Below, one piece after another: positions 60,901-64,000 of a stretch of 64,000 nt of DNA. The stretch is from positions 22,718,833 through 22,782,832 of the forward strand of contig CM119263.1 of assembly GCA_051294375.1 (NCBI GenBank), read 5' to 3'. The notes under the pieces were generated by a model. That model was given only the letters and a program-made list of their open reading frames with translations. It was not told the origin of the DNA and did not search any database. The stretch's first letter is position 1. Each line of letters opens with the position of its first letter. This DNA comes from Paraspadella gotoi. Its lineage: Eukaryota > Animalia > Chaetognatha. Made by a program: the position numbers and the translations under genes.

Positions 60901-63900
60901 AAAGGAAATTTAGTGTAGAATCTGAAACATCCTGATTTTTTAAAAATCGAGCAAGTTTTCGAGTAGATATCCTCAATTAAAAATGTTTCTAACTTTTTTC
61001 CTAGATAGTACAAGCCTGTTCATCATCTACTATTCGAATTTTGATTCTACTTGATGTTAATATTTTTGCTACGCTTTACTGTATATTCCAGCTTAGCTTA
61101 GGTAAAGTTTGATCCGTAGATTTCAACTTTTGTCTATTCTTGAAAGGTTACAACTTTCTAGATTACTTTTTGGAGGAAAAACCCAGAGGTGAAAACAAAA
61201 TAATCCGTTTGGCCAATCATTAACGTTCAATACATTTTGATTATGATTAAACTGACTGCAGCAAAAAAAAAAATCTAAAAAAATCTATATATTTATTATA
61301 CTTGAAAGAAAAAACTTTCTTTCAATACTGTTAATTCAATTGATGTCACGGTAAATCAATTTTTTTGTTGAAGTCGTATTTTTAGATTAAAACCTCTGAA
61401 CTCTGGCTATTAACAGTAACCCGTTCATTTGCATAACATCGGCCAATAAATGTAGCTTATCTACTTAACTCCATATTGCGCGTTAATTAGAATTTGACTC
61501 AACAATTAAGCTACAACTCACGCGGAAACACGATTCGGAAGTTTCGAAACTGCGAAAGGAAATCGACGAAGCGAACACAGAACACGAGTTGCTGGCGCAA
61601 AGTTTGAGGCGAAAGCATCAGGATGCCGTCGGCGAAATGGGGGATCAGATCGACCACCTCACTAAACTTAAAGCCAAGTGAGATGGGAAGGGAAAAAATA
61701 CAGAGGGTTGAATGAGAATTAGTGGTGAGGTTCTAACACGCGTTCGTCGACCCGCACCACCAATTGACCACAGGCTGGAGAAGGAAAAACATGCCCTCCG
61801 CGTGGATCTCGACGATCTCGTGGGACAACTCGACATTGCCCACAAAGGAAAGTCGTCGGCCGATGCGATGAACAAGCAGCTCGAAGCGTCGCTCTCCAAG
61901 ATGACCGTTAAGATGAACGACTACGTGCGACAGATCAACGACCTCAACAACGCCAAGGGAAAGATCGCCGCCGACCTAGTCGAGGCCCACCGCAACTTCG
62001 AAGCTTCCGAGGCCAACCTCGCTCAGGTCCAGGGGCAAATGAGGGGAAAAGATAAAGGAGAATTTAGTTAAGGACATATATTCAATTTTTAGCAAATTTA
62101 AAAAAGAAAAGAAAAAAATAGATAATTAACGTTTAATTTACGACGCAGGTATCACGAATCAAGACCCAATTGGCCGCCCAATACGAAGAGGCACGCGCTC
62201 AGTACGAGGAAGAGGCCAAGCAACGCAATGCCCTCGTAGTTCAGTTCCGTAACCTGCAACAAGAAAACGACGGCCTCCACGGATCGCTCAAGGATGTTGA
62301 AGAGCAGAAGGCGATGTTACAGGTACAAATAACGTGACTTTTTTTTTAACATCATAGGGAAACCATTACAGAAAACTGCTTGTTTATAAATTAATATTAA
62401 TTTAATTTGTTAAAACTTTTGTTTTGCACTCCAATTTAAGGGAACCGTCTCTAAATTGAGCAATGATCTTCAAGCCATGAAGATCAAGTACGAGGCGGAG
62501 TTGACCACGCGAGCTGAAGAATACGAGGACATGAAGAGAAAGTTGAGCATTCAGCTCCAGGAGACCGAGGAAGCCTACAATGGCGCCATGGCCAAAGTTT
62601 CCAACCTGGAGAAAGTGCGCATTCGTATGGCCAGCGAAATCGACGCTCTTGCAGCTGACCTCGACAACGTGAGTTATACTACATCACCGAAATTATTAAT
62701 GGAATAATCAATGTAGATTTAGTTTCTAATTATTAAAAATTACAATCGTTAATTTCAGCGAGTCGTAAGTATTTTTTTTTATAGGAGTACCAAAAAATGA
62801 AAACTTTATCAATACTAGTTATAGATATTCCCGCTGTTTCTTGTCTTCCCATTTAGTCAAACAATGTCTTTTGACTCTTTTGACCCATACAGTTAGCCTA
62901 CCCTCGTGACTTATTGCTGTTTTCAGATACAACTGTTGAACCATTCATTCATTCATTCTAACCATATTTTAATGAGCCACACTAATTTTTTTATTCCCCG
63001 AAAAGTATGCAAGCGAATCTAGTTTTCGCAATCGAAATCTCTTTTTCCTCATTCCTCAGCCATACTTTTCGTTGTCGTCACACCCAAAAGTTCTCAGAGA
63101 ACCATCGTCCCCCGTTCGTCTCAAAGTTTTATCTCTGATAGAATGTAGCTGAAGGGACTAAGTGAATAGCAATGTTTTTTTAAGGTCACTAATAGTCTAA
63201 TGTTACATTTCCTACCCCAATATTTGAACGTTTTCCTACATCACACGATCAATCGATGCTACGAAACAACAACAACATCGAAAACCGCAGGCCAACGCGA
63301 CGATTGATGGCATGTTAAAAAAGGAGAAGCAGATGCAGCGCACTATCGACGAGGTAAACATGAAGCTGCGTGACCTGCAGAACGAATTAGAGTCGTCTCA
63401 GCGCGAATACAAGAAGCTCCACGGCGAGCATTTCGCTCTGCGTAAGTCTCACGAAGACGCGCTGGAGGCGATCGAGAGCCTGCGACGGGACCTCAAGCAT
63501 GCCCAAGACGAACTGGCCGAAGCCGGAGAGATGGTCCGAACCAAGGATATGCAGATCGCCGAGCTCTACAAGGTCAAGCAGCGGCTCGAGTTCGAGAAGG
63601 AAGAGCTCCATAACGTCATCGCCGAGCTCGAGGAGAAGTTCAAGGCCGAGTCGGACAAAGTGGCCAAGCTCCAGATTGAAATCCAAAACATCCGCGTCTC
63701 GATGGAGAAGACCCTCCGCGCCAAGGAAGAGGAGCTGGAGAAGATGAGGCGCGACCTTCTGCGAGAGATGGAGCAGATCCAAGCCAACTTGGAGATCGAG
63801 ATCAAGCTGAAGAATGACGCCCTCAAGATCAAAAAGAAACTGGAGATGGAGTACAAAGAATTGGAATACACCCTGGAAACTGCCAACAAGACGATCGCTG

Positions 63901-64000
63901 ACTACCTACGCGAGATCAAAAAGTTGGAAGCGGAGATTGCCAACTTTCAGTCAGCGCTCGACGCGGAGTCGGCGCAGAAGGAGGAGGCCCGCAATCAGTT
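56662..64000 (+). CDS. Paramyosin-like / headless myosin-II rod protein (3'-truncated by window end), with alternative first exons
   Basis: First exon 56662-56790, or 58461-58578 plus 58845-58918; then 59121-59177, 59358-59444, 61511-61677, 61774-62026, 62149-62322, 62441-62668, 63291->64000, all phase-compatible. Rod motifs RIIELEEELQLEKEARMRVERERAD, RLEEAGGVTAVQ, LRRKHQDAVGEMGDQID, KEEELEKMRR, KIKKKLE. No motor-domain exons seen upstream. Confidence 0.85.
59864..61085. mobile_element. Host MITE with ~75-bp imperfect TIRs, interrupted by a Tc1 derivative
   Basis: Left end tatattaaagcgtag..gatcaaaattcggatagt..atgaacagtcttgtac is inverse to the right end tacaagcctgttcatc..ctattcgaattttgat..ctacgctttactgtata. 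Related ends at ~33340-33410 and ~40830-40910. Confidence 0.6.
60397..61008 (-). mobile_element. Internally deleted Tc1-family transposon (612 bp)
   Basis: Perfect ~30-bp TIRs ctatctaggaaaaaagttagaaacattttt, with TA TSD at 60395-96 and 61009-10. Transposase N-terminal HTH (ATG 60715, MPNRQPLS..KGAIVALRKEGKTQQFIRNRLGIPRSTIANFLRRY) is fused out of frame to a Tc1 C-terminus QLYESMPRRMQAVVDAEGGHTKY* (ends 60481). Confidence 0.92.

Overview
This window is eukaryotic, from an invertebrate animal (AT-rich spliceosomal introns, GC-richer exons), not a prokaryote. I could not identify the species. Genes reconstructed exon by exon, left to right: a type-I membrane immunoglobulin-superfamily gene (+, fragmentary, 4877-11806); AMP deaminase (-, 12091-27754), whose 4-kb GC-AG intron holds an antisense intronless 745-aa ORF I do not recognise; SUMO1-type (-); Smad2/3 (-); an intronless RPS6KC1-like PX-MIT-pseudokinase (-); an uncharacterised 887-aa protein whose C-terminal domain has a candidate papain/C39-like Gln-Cys-His-Asn active site (-); an intronless SOGA/MTCL-like coiled-coil gene (+); and a headless myosin-rod/paramyosin-like gene with alternative first exons running off the window end (+). 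Introns and intergenic DNA contain Tc1/mariner MITEs, a deleted Tc1 nested in another MITE, DINE-1/Helentron-like elements, tRNA-derived SINEs and minisatellites. Bases 1-4737 are an indel-ridden copy of about 9246-13615 and are most likely an assembly artefact. The best leads are the putative cysteine-protease-fold gene, the recurrent unpaired splice acceptors just upstream of start codons (possible SL trans-splicing or operon), and the nested ORF. All homology calls are from motif recognition; no search was run.
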